DNA of 64,000 nucleotides. Source: Podarcis tiliguerta (Eukaryota). The stretch lies in the NCBI GenBank assembly GCA_965153285.1, contig OZ229110.1, one strand, 5' to 3'. A program made the translations under genes and the position numbers. Every line of letters starts with the position of its first letter. The first letter of the stretch is position 1. The notes under the pieces are model-generated. The model searched no databases, was not told the origin of the DNA, and worked only from the letters and a program-made list of their open reading frames with translations. Below are positions 47,301 to 59,300 of this stretch, piece after piece.

Positions 47301-50300
47301 TATGTGTACCTTCTTCTTCTGGCTAGCAAAAGTAACACAAAATCACACAAAGGGCAAAACTAATCGTGCAAAAACAAGCCAATATTCAGGACCTTTGCCA
47401 ATTCACAAAATTTATTCACAGCAGTGCCTCAGTGTGGAGCATGCAGAGCTTCATCCATGGCCAGGATTGAAGGTTTCTCCACAGCAGGGATGGGGAATCC
47501 ATGAGCCCCTAGAGGAGGTGGCAACCATGAATAGCCTGTAGGGCAAGGACATAGCTGCTCCTGTTGTTGGACTACAACTCCCATCATCCCTGACCATTAG
47601 CCATGGTGTTTGGGGCTGATGGAGTCCCAACAACATCTGAAAGGCCACAGGTTCCCGATCTTTGACTGCCCTTTGCTATTCATTGCCACCACCTCATCTA
47701 CGGGCTCCGTATAGCATATTAATGCAGACAGCGTGAATCTCTGCCAAACAAGGGTCAGTCAGCTTTCTCACACAGTGCAAGAGTAAGGGCCACATCCTAA
47801 ATGCCTCTTTGCCCCCACACCACCCTTGAGCAAGATCTTCCCGGAATAGGCTATCATGAGCCATGCTTGCCTCACCTGCCAGAAGTCAGCGATGGTGTGG
47901 GACGGTGGCCCCTGTGTGGCAATGTATGCTGGCATCCGTGGATCATGGTCAATCTGCAGAGAAAATAATATGTGTTGTACTCATCTTGGAGGGAAGGGGA
48001 AGAGTGGAACTAGGAGTAAGAGAGGTCAAGGTCAAGGGGCAGGACTCTAGTCTGCCTGAACTTTGCTAACTGTAATAACTCTGGATGGAAATCTTGTGCC
48101 AAGACAGCAATCATGCTTAGCTGTACGCTGAACATTAGAAATTAATTCTTTTCCCATGGCTTGTCATTGTCCATGCTCACAAATCCACAAGCAGCAAACT
48201 ACCCCACCCTCCCAAATGAATTATTAGTTAGGAGGATAAGTCACTGTGCCTGGGTGGGTATGGGGGCAAGGGACAGAAGAGAAAAATTAAACCCAATCTC
48301 AACTATATAGGGTTGTACTCAACTAGCTTTTGTTTAGAGCAAACCAGTCAAAATGAAGGAACATTACTAACTTAGGTCCATTCATTCCAATGGATCTACA
48401 GTGGTACCTCAGGTTACAGACGCTTCAGGTTACAGACTCCACTAACCCAGAAATAGTACCTCAGGTTAAGAACTTTGCTTCAGGATGAGAACAGAAATTG
48501 TGGCGCTGCAGCAGCGGGAGGCCCCATTAGCTAAAGTGGTACCTCAGGTTAAGAACAGTTTCAGATTAAGAACGGACCTTCAGAATGAATTAAGTTCTTA
48601 ACCTGAGGTACCACTGTACTCTGAGTAAAAGTTAGTTGAATACAATTCATATTGTCCATTCTACTGCACTTAAGTCGTACACATCGCAATTCAAGATAGA
48701 TTTCCTTTAAGCATCCACGATAGAAGGTTGATTGGCTGAAGGACTTTCTCTAAAGGGGTTACAGTCAGTAGAGCATGAGATCCTTAATTTCATGGTTGGT
48801 GGTTGGAGCCCCATGTTGGGCAAAAGTTTCCTGCATTGCAGGGAATTGGGCTAGATGATCCACGTGGTCCCTTCCAACTCTACAGTTCTATGAGTCCCCT
48901 ATGATACACAGACAGTCTGAAAGGGGAGAGTTTAGGTTAGTGGAAGGGTATTTGCCCAGTTTCAACACTAGGAGGAGCAGGGCTGCATGACAAGAGAGCA
49001 AGAAAGTTTACCTGATTCTGGAAGGAAGGTAAGATAGCACTTGGGAAAGCATGCAGCTTTTCCCTCCAGTTTGGCAGCACTGGGAGGGCACATTCAGAAA
49101 AACGAGTTTGTTGGACTCAGGGAAGAGCTCGTGGCCAGGGAAGGGTGGGAGGATCTGTGCTTTCATTTATGATGGGTCTGTCGTATTTTAGTGAAGGGAC
49201 CTGGTGGCTTTGAGGACATCACTTAAAAATGAGCCACAGTTGATAGACTTGACCGAGCAAAAGGCTGCCTCTTACATGAGGGCAGTGTGACAGATTCAGT
49301 GGATTCAAGGGGGCAGTTCAGTGGAGAGTGTGAATCTGAGTTTGTGGCACTCACAATAGGGCTGGCATTGATGAAGTCACTGCGGGAAGGATTGCTCTCT
49401 GCCTTCAGCTTGATGCGGGCATGATCGTCTGGAAACAGCAAAAAAGTGCAATGAGTCAATGTAACAGGACCCAACTGAGTAGCCAGGGACCCCCGGAGGG
49501 TTCTGGGCCTCAGTCCTGGAGTTCACAGACAATATGAGCTATCACTAAGGACAGGTGAATCCTTCCATTCCAGTTTCTCTCAGTTTCTCATTTTTCCATT
49601 CTTAAGTTCAGCTCTCCACATTGCCACATCAGTTTGCTTTTACAAAAAAAAAGTCCTTCAAGTCACCAGCATTTTAGTGAAAATTTATCCTAATATACAC
49701 ATTCCCCCTAATACCATTTTAGTATCTTATTTTCAGTAATATATGGATTTCTATGCACACTGGCATATACATTTTTGTGCACATCCCTTGGTGGAAGAAC
49801 TCCCCTGGAAACTTTGGAGAAGTCCGAATTTCAAAGAATGGCTGTGCTTCCGTTTGCGCATTGTTTTAGAAAGTGCAAACTAGACAAATTTGCTTTGAAA
49901 TGCAAATTGAAACTGGGAAAAAAGCAAGTCATTGGTCATGCAATCATTCAACAATCCCTACGCAGAAGAGCCTCAGAACTGGCATGCCAGCAGTGGCCCT
50001 GGAAACAGGGATACCAGGAAGAAAGCACCGTTCTGTGCTACTCACAGGGCACATAATCAGGGTTGCGGTTTTTCTTGATGTTTGCTTCACGCTGCGCAGC
50101 CTCACAGGCATTAGGTTCAGCCTGGTATGCACACAGCGCCTGCCACTCCTTGGCTAACCGGTCACGGTTGCGCAGGTGGTCTTCCATGTATGCCTATGGG
50201 TGACAGGGGGAGGGCAGCATCATTACCATCTCTTAAACATGTCCACTTGCACAAGCACATCTGCACATACACTACCCCAGACATGTAATTTTAAACATGC

Positions 50301-53300
50301 AATTTTATTATGCAGATGTTGTTTGAAACTGCTGGTTTTATTTATATGATGGAAAGAAATTGTTTTTAATGTTCGCTCTTACCAGTGTTCTTCATTTATA
50401 TTTTTTGTTAATATTTATTTTATTAACTTTTCAAAGTTTGCAAATTCTTTTAAACAACCATCAGAGCAAATCTCTCATTTCCATTGACTTTCTATCCACC
50501 TTTCCACGGCAGTTCTTTTCTGACCTTATAAAGCTCCTATATATTACTTATATTTTACCCATTATATATGTTAATTATAAATTATTAAACTACAATTCTC
50601 ATCTGCTGCTATACTTCAAATCCTTCAAATAAAAAATGGTATTTTATTTTTAATGTTTCTTTATATTTCATATTGTTTTATGTAAACCACTTAAAAGGTT
50701 CTTGTTGATTAAGCAGAATATCTGTTCTGCCAAATAAAGAAATAAAAGGTCCAGGGGTAGCCAATATGGTGCTGCCCAGATGTTCTGGACTGCAGCTGTG
50801 GCCCTAAACATCTGGACAACACTGTGTTGGCTGCCCCAGAAATAGCCAACCATTAAAAAGGGAGACTGCTGGTATCTATAGGCCAAGATCCATGGGGAGC
50901 AAAAGACAGCAGGGGCACTGCTGCGTACTATCTGAAATCAGAAATCTTGTCATTTCATCTACTATCATTTTGCCCACACATAATAATTGTATGTCTAAAG
51001 ATGGGAACCTGTGTTGCTTCAGATATGGTTGAACTCCACCATCCCTTTGCCTCAGCCAGTATGGCCAGTGGCCGCGGATGATGGGAGTTGGGGTCCAATG
51101 TCACTTTTAAGACCACAGGTTCCCCACCACTAGTCCATAGCACCTCTGGTTGTTGCAAAGTATCTGGCAACTTTGCACCTCAACAAAGCCTGTACCTCCA
51201 CACAGAAACACACACGGTGCAAACACGCCTCACCAGAATCATGTGCCCAGTAGAGATGTCCATGTTGGATTGCACAGGCTCCTCGCACCAGGATGGTGTG
51301 CTGCTATGGGAGCTGGGGCTGGCCTGGGGCGCATCGCTGAACTGTGAGGAGACACTGCTGACGCGGGAATTCTCCGCCGGAGCGGAGGGCGAGGGAGCTT
51401 CGGCACGGCCAAACAGTGATTTGGCAGCCATGTGCTGCCGACACAACTCCTGTGGGAAAGACACAGCTGCAGCAGCTAATGTACTAAAGATCTGCCACAG
51501 GCAGGGCGAAGGTCAGGTGGGAGCTTGCCGGAACGTCAGAGGCAACAAAGCAGTGTCCTTGCACACAAAGCCCCTCTTCCAGGACAGAAGCTTTGTGGCT
51601 CCTCCCAAACTTTGGGGAAACAGCCCCAATTTGCAGCTCTTTGCAAAGGGCAAAATGGGCCGCACCGTACCTGGTATTCAAAGGTGCTGTCAGCCGCTCC
51701 CTCAGGCCCCAGCCCTGCCAACCGCTCCTTCTCTCGTTGCTTGGCATGCTGGCGCAGACAGAAGACCACCGCGGCGGCTATCACAATGCCAGCCACGCAG
51801 GCCAGCAGGACAAAGGTGAGCAGCACCGAGCGGAAGGTGTCGCCAAAGTGTGTGGGGTGCGGGTAGGTCGCAGCCTCGTTGCGCTGTGGGGAAGAAGACG
51901 GGAGTCAGGAGCAGCACAGTGGGATAGGAAGGGGCTCATGGGACATGCAAAGGCAGAAGAGGAAGTCAAAATTGGCACATGTGGCAGTCGGTGGCTGCTG
52001 GCACTCCCACGATCTTTGTATCATGGAAACCAACCAGGATTTCCTCTGGCTTCTTGCAGAAAAAAGTTCTCATTTCCTCGATCAACTGTGAAAACCCCAG
52101 CAGTCCATGGGAGTCCCTGCCAAACTCTTCTTCCCTACATTACGTAACCTGCAGCCAGTACGTTTCCTCCCACTCTGAACCTGCATGCTGGAAGCACCAC
52201 CACGCGTGATGCAATCCCTCGGTTGGTCTCTTGCTGCCAGGGCACTGCAGGGCTGGGGAGCTCCAGGAGCTGTTGGACTACAACTCCCAGCATCCCTGAT
52301 TACTGGCCACACTGGCTGATGCAAGCTGCGGTCCAATAGCACCTGGAGGGCCCCTGCCCCACTCAGTTTCAAATTTGACTTAGGCGATGCTGGGCTGGTG
52401 ATCCAGGATTCTCCAAGTCCCACTTTTTGACTAATCCCTGGCTGTATTCAGGTACTCGGCCTGCTCACGTGTAGATAAACATGCAAGGAAGAGCAGGGCC
52501 ATGCAGCTAAGCTCCACCCCATCATCTCTACACAGTTTAGAGCCTTCCATGAGTTTTGGAGGTAAATGTCAGAAGCAAGGAGCCTCTTCCACTCATACAG
52601 GCCTCCTGTAAGGATTTAAAGCCAAGCACAACCAGGGATTCAAATTGCACTGGGTGCTTCCACCAAGCTGGGGGCAGATCTCTGCTTTAGAGCTGTGAAG
52701 GGCTCTGAACTGTGTCGAGGTGGGTGTGCTTCAGGGGGCAGGTCTGAGCAGCACAACCAACCCTGCTTCTCCGTTATGTTGCTTAAACTCTTAAATAGGG
52801 CTATGGTCAAAACCCAAAAGGTAAAAGTAAAGGTACCCCTGCCCGTACGGGCCAGTCTTGACAGACTCTAGGGTTGTGCGCCCATCTCACTCAAGAGGCC
52901 GGGGGCCAGCACTGTCTGGAGAACACTTCCGGGTCACGTGGCCAGCGTGACATCGCTGCTCTGGCGAGCCAGAGCCGCACACGGAAACACCGTTTACCTT
53001 CCCGCTAGTAAGCGGTCCCTATTTATCTACTTGCACCCGGGAGTGCTTTCGAACTGCTAGGTTGGCAGGCGCTGGGACCGAACAACGGGAGCGCACCCCG
53101 CCGCGGGGATTCGAACCACCAACCTTTCGATCGGCAAGCCCTAGGCGCTGAGGCTTTTACCCACAGCGCCATCCACATCCCTCAAAGACCACTGCAAATC
53201 CCAAGGCCTATGACCCCCCAGCTTTACCTGCCCAACACCTGTCTGTAGGATCTTCACTCCCACCTCCGTCTCCAGCTGGGGCTTCACCAGTGCTAGATGG

Positions 53301-56300
53301 GAAAAGGGGACAAAAAAGGAGGGACAGCTGGCAAAAGGGCAAAGGCATGCGGACAGGCAGTTTCTGGGGGAGTGAAGGCATTTGAGTGGCCCAGGGAGTG
53401 GTGTGTTAATTGCTATCTCTGGATCACTGCCATATTGCATGATAGCCTTCCTTACTTTGTTTACTAAAGGCAGCTGCCTTCACTGATGTTTGCCTATTGC
53501 ATCTGAAGGAAGAAATGGATACTCTGCACATGGACATTAACTGGGCAGATGGACAGCAGGATAAAGGGTGGCCAAGCATCAAGTCAGGAGGGAGTACAAT
53601 GTTGTAGGGCAGGAGGGGGAAGCTGTACTCCTCCCAGCCTTGCTGGTCTACCTCCTCCTTGATTATTGATAATGGTGGCTGGAGCTAATGGGATTTGGAG
53701 TCCAGCAACATCTGGAGTATTCTCCAGCCCTCCTGTCCCATATCTAATTGAGAAGAACCACTAGAGTCCTTCTAGATCCAGGATGGCGAAATGAGTCTGT
53801 AACCAGATGCATTCACATGTGTTGCAACTATTGTTTCAGAGTCAACTTACCAGCCCTGTTGGCCACATCACCCAGAGACAGGTTTTGGTGGTTTTGACGG
53901 ATGCGGAAGGTGAGAGCTGGGCCCACAACACTGCAAGGCGAGAGGTTTGAGGTTACAAGGTGTCCCGATTCCATCGTAGCACAATATACACCCACAAAGC
54001 AGGTTGCCTCTGCTGCTTTGTGTATCACCATGTTCAACAATATCCAGTGCTATTTTTCTAGAAAAAAAGGTGCCAGGACTCAAACTTGTTCTCTTATATT
54101 AGCAATGGCACCCACCTGAGGTGCCAGAACTGAGTTTCAGTGATTTCTGGCTTTAAAAAAAGAAAAAAAAAAGCCCTGGCAATATCTAACCCTCTAATCT
54201 CGAGACACCTCCTTAATTTACCAATTAGCAGCTTGGAGTCAAGCACAGTAAAGGCCACCTGTGTTTTGCCTCAGGCCAAGAAGCGATATCACAATCATAA
54301 TGTTGGGTATGCAGAAGGGTTGAGGCCTAGTACCAATTTCAATGCAAGCATGCAACAATATGAGAAAGGAAAGAGAGACTGTGGCCACAATGTCCTCCAG
54401 TTCCTTGCCCATTTTAAATAAAAGTTGCTTCTTCGGGATAAGCCAGCTGATGCAACAACTTCCAATGCCACTTCAGGTAACCGTATTTATATAAATAGGC
54501 AAGCGACTTGTGACCATCCAGCAATGGGAACCTGCCAGGACAGGATACATTAGCTACTTGTAAAGGATTGTGGAGATCCCAAAAGACCCCTCAGTCTTGG
54601 GAAAGGCATCTTCCTCAGGATATGCTTCCAGAACCCTCTCCAGCCTGCCTCACCAGGCTCCTCCCCTTCCTGAGGCGCCAGAGGCAACAACACACCCCAG
54701 TTCCTTATGGATCCCCACCTCTCAGTTAAGTCCCAGCAGCACTTGCCTGATGTTGATGAAACTGGCAGTGGACAAGTGCACGTGCTCAGCCAGGATCTCC
54801 AGGAGCCGGATGCCTGCAGCAAGACCCAGTGGCCTGCAGGTGGTGGAGACAGAGGAGAGGCCAGGAGCCAATGGGGAAAGCATGCATGGGAGAAACATTG
54901 GGAGGCAGAAAGCGGGAGGGCAACACTTTCCTTGTACTGGTATACAACGAGCGGATGCAAACAACCTCCTGCCATCCACTCTAAGGAAACACCTAAGCAA
55001 TGCAGCCCATGAGAGCTGTCAAGACAGCCCAACAATCTGAACAAGATGGCAAATATGTGTTGGGATTAAAATCCAGCTTTGCCCAAGTGCAACAGCAAGA
55101 AGTCATAGGATTCGAGGGACCAGGTGTTGAGAGAAGAACATGCCTTGTTCTCCGTCACTGAAACCTCATTTCCCACACACCTGAGGCCCTTCTTCATGTG
55201 CCCCCTCCTCCACAAGATGTCCAGAGGGTGGCAACACAAGAATGGGCCTTTTCTGCTGTGGCTCCCCACTTGTGGAATGCTCTCCCCAGGGAGGCTAGCC
55301 TAGCGCCTTCATTACATATCTTCAGGTGCCATATGAAAACATTTCTCTATAACTAGGCCTTTGGCTGATTAAGCATTCTATGGCTTTTTAAATGTGCTTA
55401 TGGGAGCAGGGGTTTTTTTAAATGTATTTTGTGTTATCATTTTGTGCTTTTAAGTTGTGAACTGCCCTGTAATCTTCAGCTGAAGAGCGGAATACAAATT
55501 AATAATAAATAAATAACAAAAATAAATAAATAAATAAAATATATTATTAATAGTGTGAGTCTTGATCTCGTGCCTGTGTTAGACAAGCACATGCATTTTT
55601 ACCTCTCAAATAGCACCCTATCTCCCAAATGTTAGAGAGCACACACCTCGCCCCCACTGGCCTAACTCCTATTTCCTTGGCCTTTCCCCTTCCCCCCATG
55701 TCCCGCCCCTTCTCTCACTTTTGGTCAGTGACAATGTAGCCGTATTCCTCAGCAGCCAGCGCTGTCTCTTGCCGGTCCTCATCCTTGCCAGGTCCCCCTA
55801 CTGATGTGTGGCTCTTCTTCACCACTGCCACCTGCCTCTTGAGGCCAGCTGCTTCCCCCTCACCAGCACGGAGGGGCTCGGGTTGTTCTGGGGAAGCTGT
55901 CGTCATGGTTATTTTGGCCTTAGTTGGGCTAAGCGTCGCCCTCTGTGCCTGCACCTGCCCCTCTGTGGGCACAGCACTGACATAGCTCTCTTGAGAGGGG
56001 GGTGGCTCCAGCTCCTCCCCATGTTGCATTTCAGCTTCTGTCACCTGAGGAGAAAGAGGCACATCACTCACCAGCACCTCAACACTTCCAATCTGCAACC
56101 ACCAGCGGTTGGGTGATCGCTCCTGCCCTCTATTCCAACCAAAGCCCCTGAGTCGTTAACTGTGCCTGTTCATTATCAGCCTCAGGCTGGCCAGCTCTGC
56201 CTTCAGGTCTCAGGGGCACACACCCAATCTTCTCCACAGGCTGTCCACCTAGAAACTAGCTGTGGAGGATTGTAGTATAGTGACTGGAACAGGTTAGGCA

Positions 56301-59300
56301 CAGGCCAAGTCTACTCCTCAGGGCAAGACGGTGGTTCATCAACTCAGGCTTCCCATACTGTTTGCCCCCTGTAAACTGTGTGAAAGCCAATTCCAACAAT
56401 CTTAAGAGGGCCTTAGGAACTCTGGGCTGGAGACTGCCCCTTGCCTCTAGAAGGAGCTGCCTTACCCGTTTAGATTCTGGAGTGTCTGGTCCAAGCCTAC
56501 CAGCTGGGAAGAGAATTAGAAGAGTATTTAGTTTCTAAGGTATGAGATCTTAAATCCTCAAACCAACCTGGAAATCAAACTACCCACTTTGGAACCTCTG
56601 CCCAATGTTCCCAGATGTGCAGGAGGGGGCACGGTTGGCGTTTTGATTACATAGCAGTAAAGGTATTCTATACAGCAAGTACATGCTCTCTTTCATTACT
56701 ACTTCATGGGCTCCACAGCTAAGCACCAACACAGAAAAACAGGTTCTGGATAGAGCTCCAACTCAGATTTATCCCCAGATTGTGAGGAGCAGGGCTGGAT
56801 CAGCACAGTAATAGCACAGCTCAGCCCTTGTCAATGCAGAAATAGTCCGGATATTGTTCCATGTTATCCCCAGACACACACAACCCTCTCTCCATCTCCT
56901 CTCCTTCATCCATAGACATCACAGCTGCCTCTTCTCCCAGATCCTCTTACATATACCATCTTGCCGATCTTACCTGGACTCCGGAGGAGCCGGAGAAGAC
57001 CAGCAAGGGAGCTGAGATGCTGGGGAGTGAGATCCTGGGGCCTGATGCCATAGCTGGCAAGCACTGCTGCCAGCCTCTCTAGTGCTCTATCTGTGGAAGG
57101 GAAATTGGGGAAAGAGGAAGGTGTTGCAACAGCAGCCCCACCAGCACCAAGGCTTCTCGCTTGAGATAACAAGTTACAACAGGGGTGGGGATCCTGCGGC
57201 CTCCATAGGCCATTGTACTACAACTCCCATTAATCTTGACCGTTGGCCAAGACTGACTGGAGCAGATGGGAGGAGTCCAACAGCATCCACAAGAGCACAG
57301 ATTCCTCACCCCTGAGCTACAAAGTGCTTGAGGAACCCCTCAGTGAAACACAGGTAGGAACAGTCTCACCTGGCTCTGCCAGGAGTGCCCGGGGCTCCCC
57401 TCTGTATTCAGAGTTGTCGCCATAGTCCGGAAAGGGGCCATCCATCCTGGAATCGTGCTTCTGCTGCGCCATAGTTCTCGATTTACCTGTCTGCTCCTGC
57501 GTTAGGTAAAGTGCTCCCAGGTCCTGGAAAAGTTGACCTCCATCCAGCCCCTGCTGCCCCCTATAGGAGGGAGCAGTGCTGGCACCAAACAGGGCCTTAG
57601 AAGCAGCAGCTCGGTCCAGCAGAACAGGGTGCTCAGCGCTGTGAGCATTGGGGTTGTCCTGGAAGGTACCATCTGGGTAGCTGAACTGAACACAGGGAAA
57701 CAGAAGTGTTCGCAGAAGAGTTTGTTCTAACATGCAGCTAGACCCATTTTGTGCAATGTAAAAAAACAAAAGTACAGTGCGAAATAAGCTTTTGTGCAGT
57801 TAAGCATATGGGGTTTAATAAGGAGTTGGTGGGTTTCTAAAAAAGAAATAGATGAGAAAAGGAACTTTTAGGTTGAAAGGATATAGTAAAAAATTAGCAA
57901 CTGAAGTGACTGATTGGAACATATGGGTTAAAATAAAACCCCAAAGCATCCCACCCCCTCTAAATATCCTTCATCCTAGCCGGCAAGAAACTTTTTCCAA
58001 AGGCAAAGTGGTGCAGTTTAGAATTCAGTGGCCTGCAGTCCAAAATCTATCGTCAGCAGTTACACTTCTGCTCAGGCTTTGAAGTGACTCCTTCCTACTC
58101 AACGCTTCAGTAAAACTTAGGCCTCCTAAGCACATTCAGTTCTCTCCATTTGAACAGGCCACTTTGCAAATCACAGGACAGGCCCTTGACTCTCCTTCTA
58201 ACTCTTCGTGCAGACTCCTTGCCCTTACTCTGTATGCACCACTGCTGAGACACACCTGGTGATGTGGATATGAAGATAAGAAGGGCTCCTTGTAGCCTAG
58301 CTCAGGCTGAGAAGCCAACAGCAGCTCCAGGTACCGCTGCAGGAGGACTGGAGGGAGAGGAGGCTGATGAGCTGTCTGGAGGGAGGCAGGCTCTGGTGGC
58401 AAAGAGGATTTCCTTGGAGACAGGTGACTAGGCGGGAACCTGAAAAGAGAACAGTCATGGGCAATATATTATGCTATCAATATGCAGCTTGGCATCTAGA
58501 AGCTCACATTTCCCGGTCCAACAAGATGTTTTTTTTGCATGCTACAATATTATCAGTGGCAGCACCTCTAACTCTCTGTAGGGAAGTTCTCCCATCCTGA
58601 TACAGTTAAGTGTTCTTGCATCGATGGCCACTGCTTGGACATCTTGTGGACACCATCAGGGGGAGTTTCCAAACCTCATAGTGGGCTGTCTCTGTTTATT
58701 TTTAAGTCCTGACATTTCCAGTTCTCTTCCTGGCACTTTTTGAGTTTGTCTCCACAATGATTTGCTGCCTTATTTCTTGGGCTCTCAAGAGTCTTTGCCT
58801 TCAAAACAGTTGTGTACAGAAAGGGGGGGGGGGGGAAGCACCACAAAGAAGCAAGAGAAAGAGATTTTATAGACGTGGAGAGAATAAAACGTTGACCTAA
58901 GATTTGTTCAAAGGTGGTTCTTACGTTGAGAGTTTAAGAACAAGACATTTCTAAATGTCTTGCAAGCTTTACAAGCTCCCGGAAGAGGAGTGTTCTGCTC
59001 TGAAATTAGTGTTGTACTGGTGAGCACTGGAGTCGGATCTCAAACCACCTACAACAGCTTCCTTTCCCTTGAATGTGGATAAGTAGATCTTGGCTGAGAG
59101 AAGCACAGCCTTCTCTGTGCTTGTTTTTGTGTTTGAGTTGTCCCTTCTTAAAAATTGTCATTCTGAGAGACAGACAGATGACTATCAGCTAGGAGACAAG
59201 GGAGTTCCCCTTTATTCTCCAAGAGACATTTCCCCCTCTCAGTTGTGATAAGCAGATATTGGATGAAAATTAATGGCAGCAACTCAAGTAAAAGCTCACA

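Noticed and set aside
51088-52147. Long + strand ORFs (243 aa and 184 aa)
   Set aside because: Antisense to PTPRN exons 13-14; no independent coding signal
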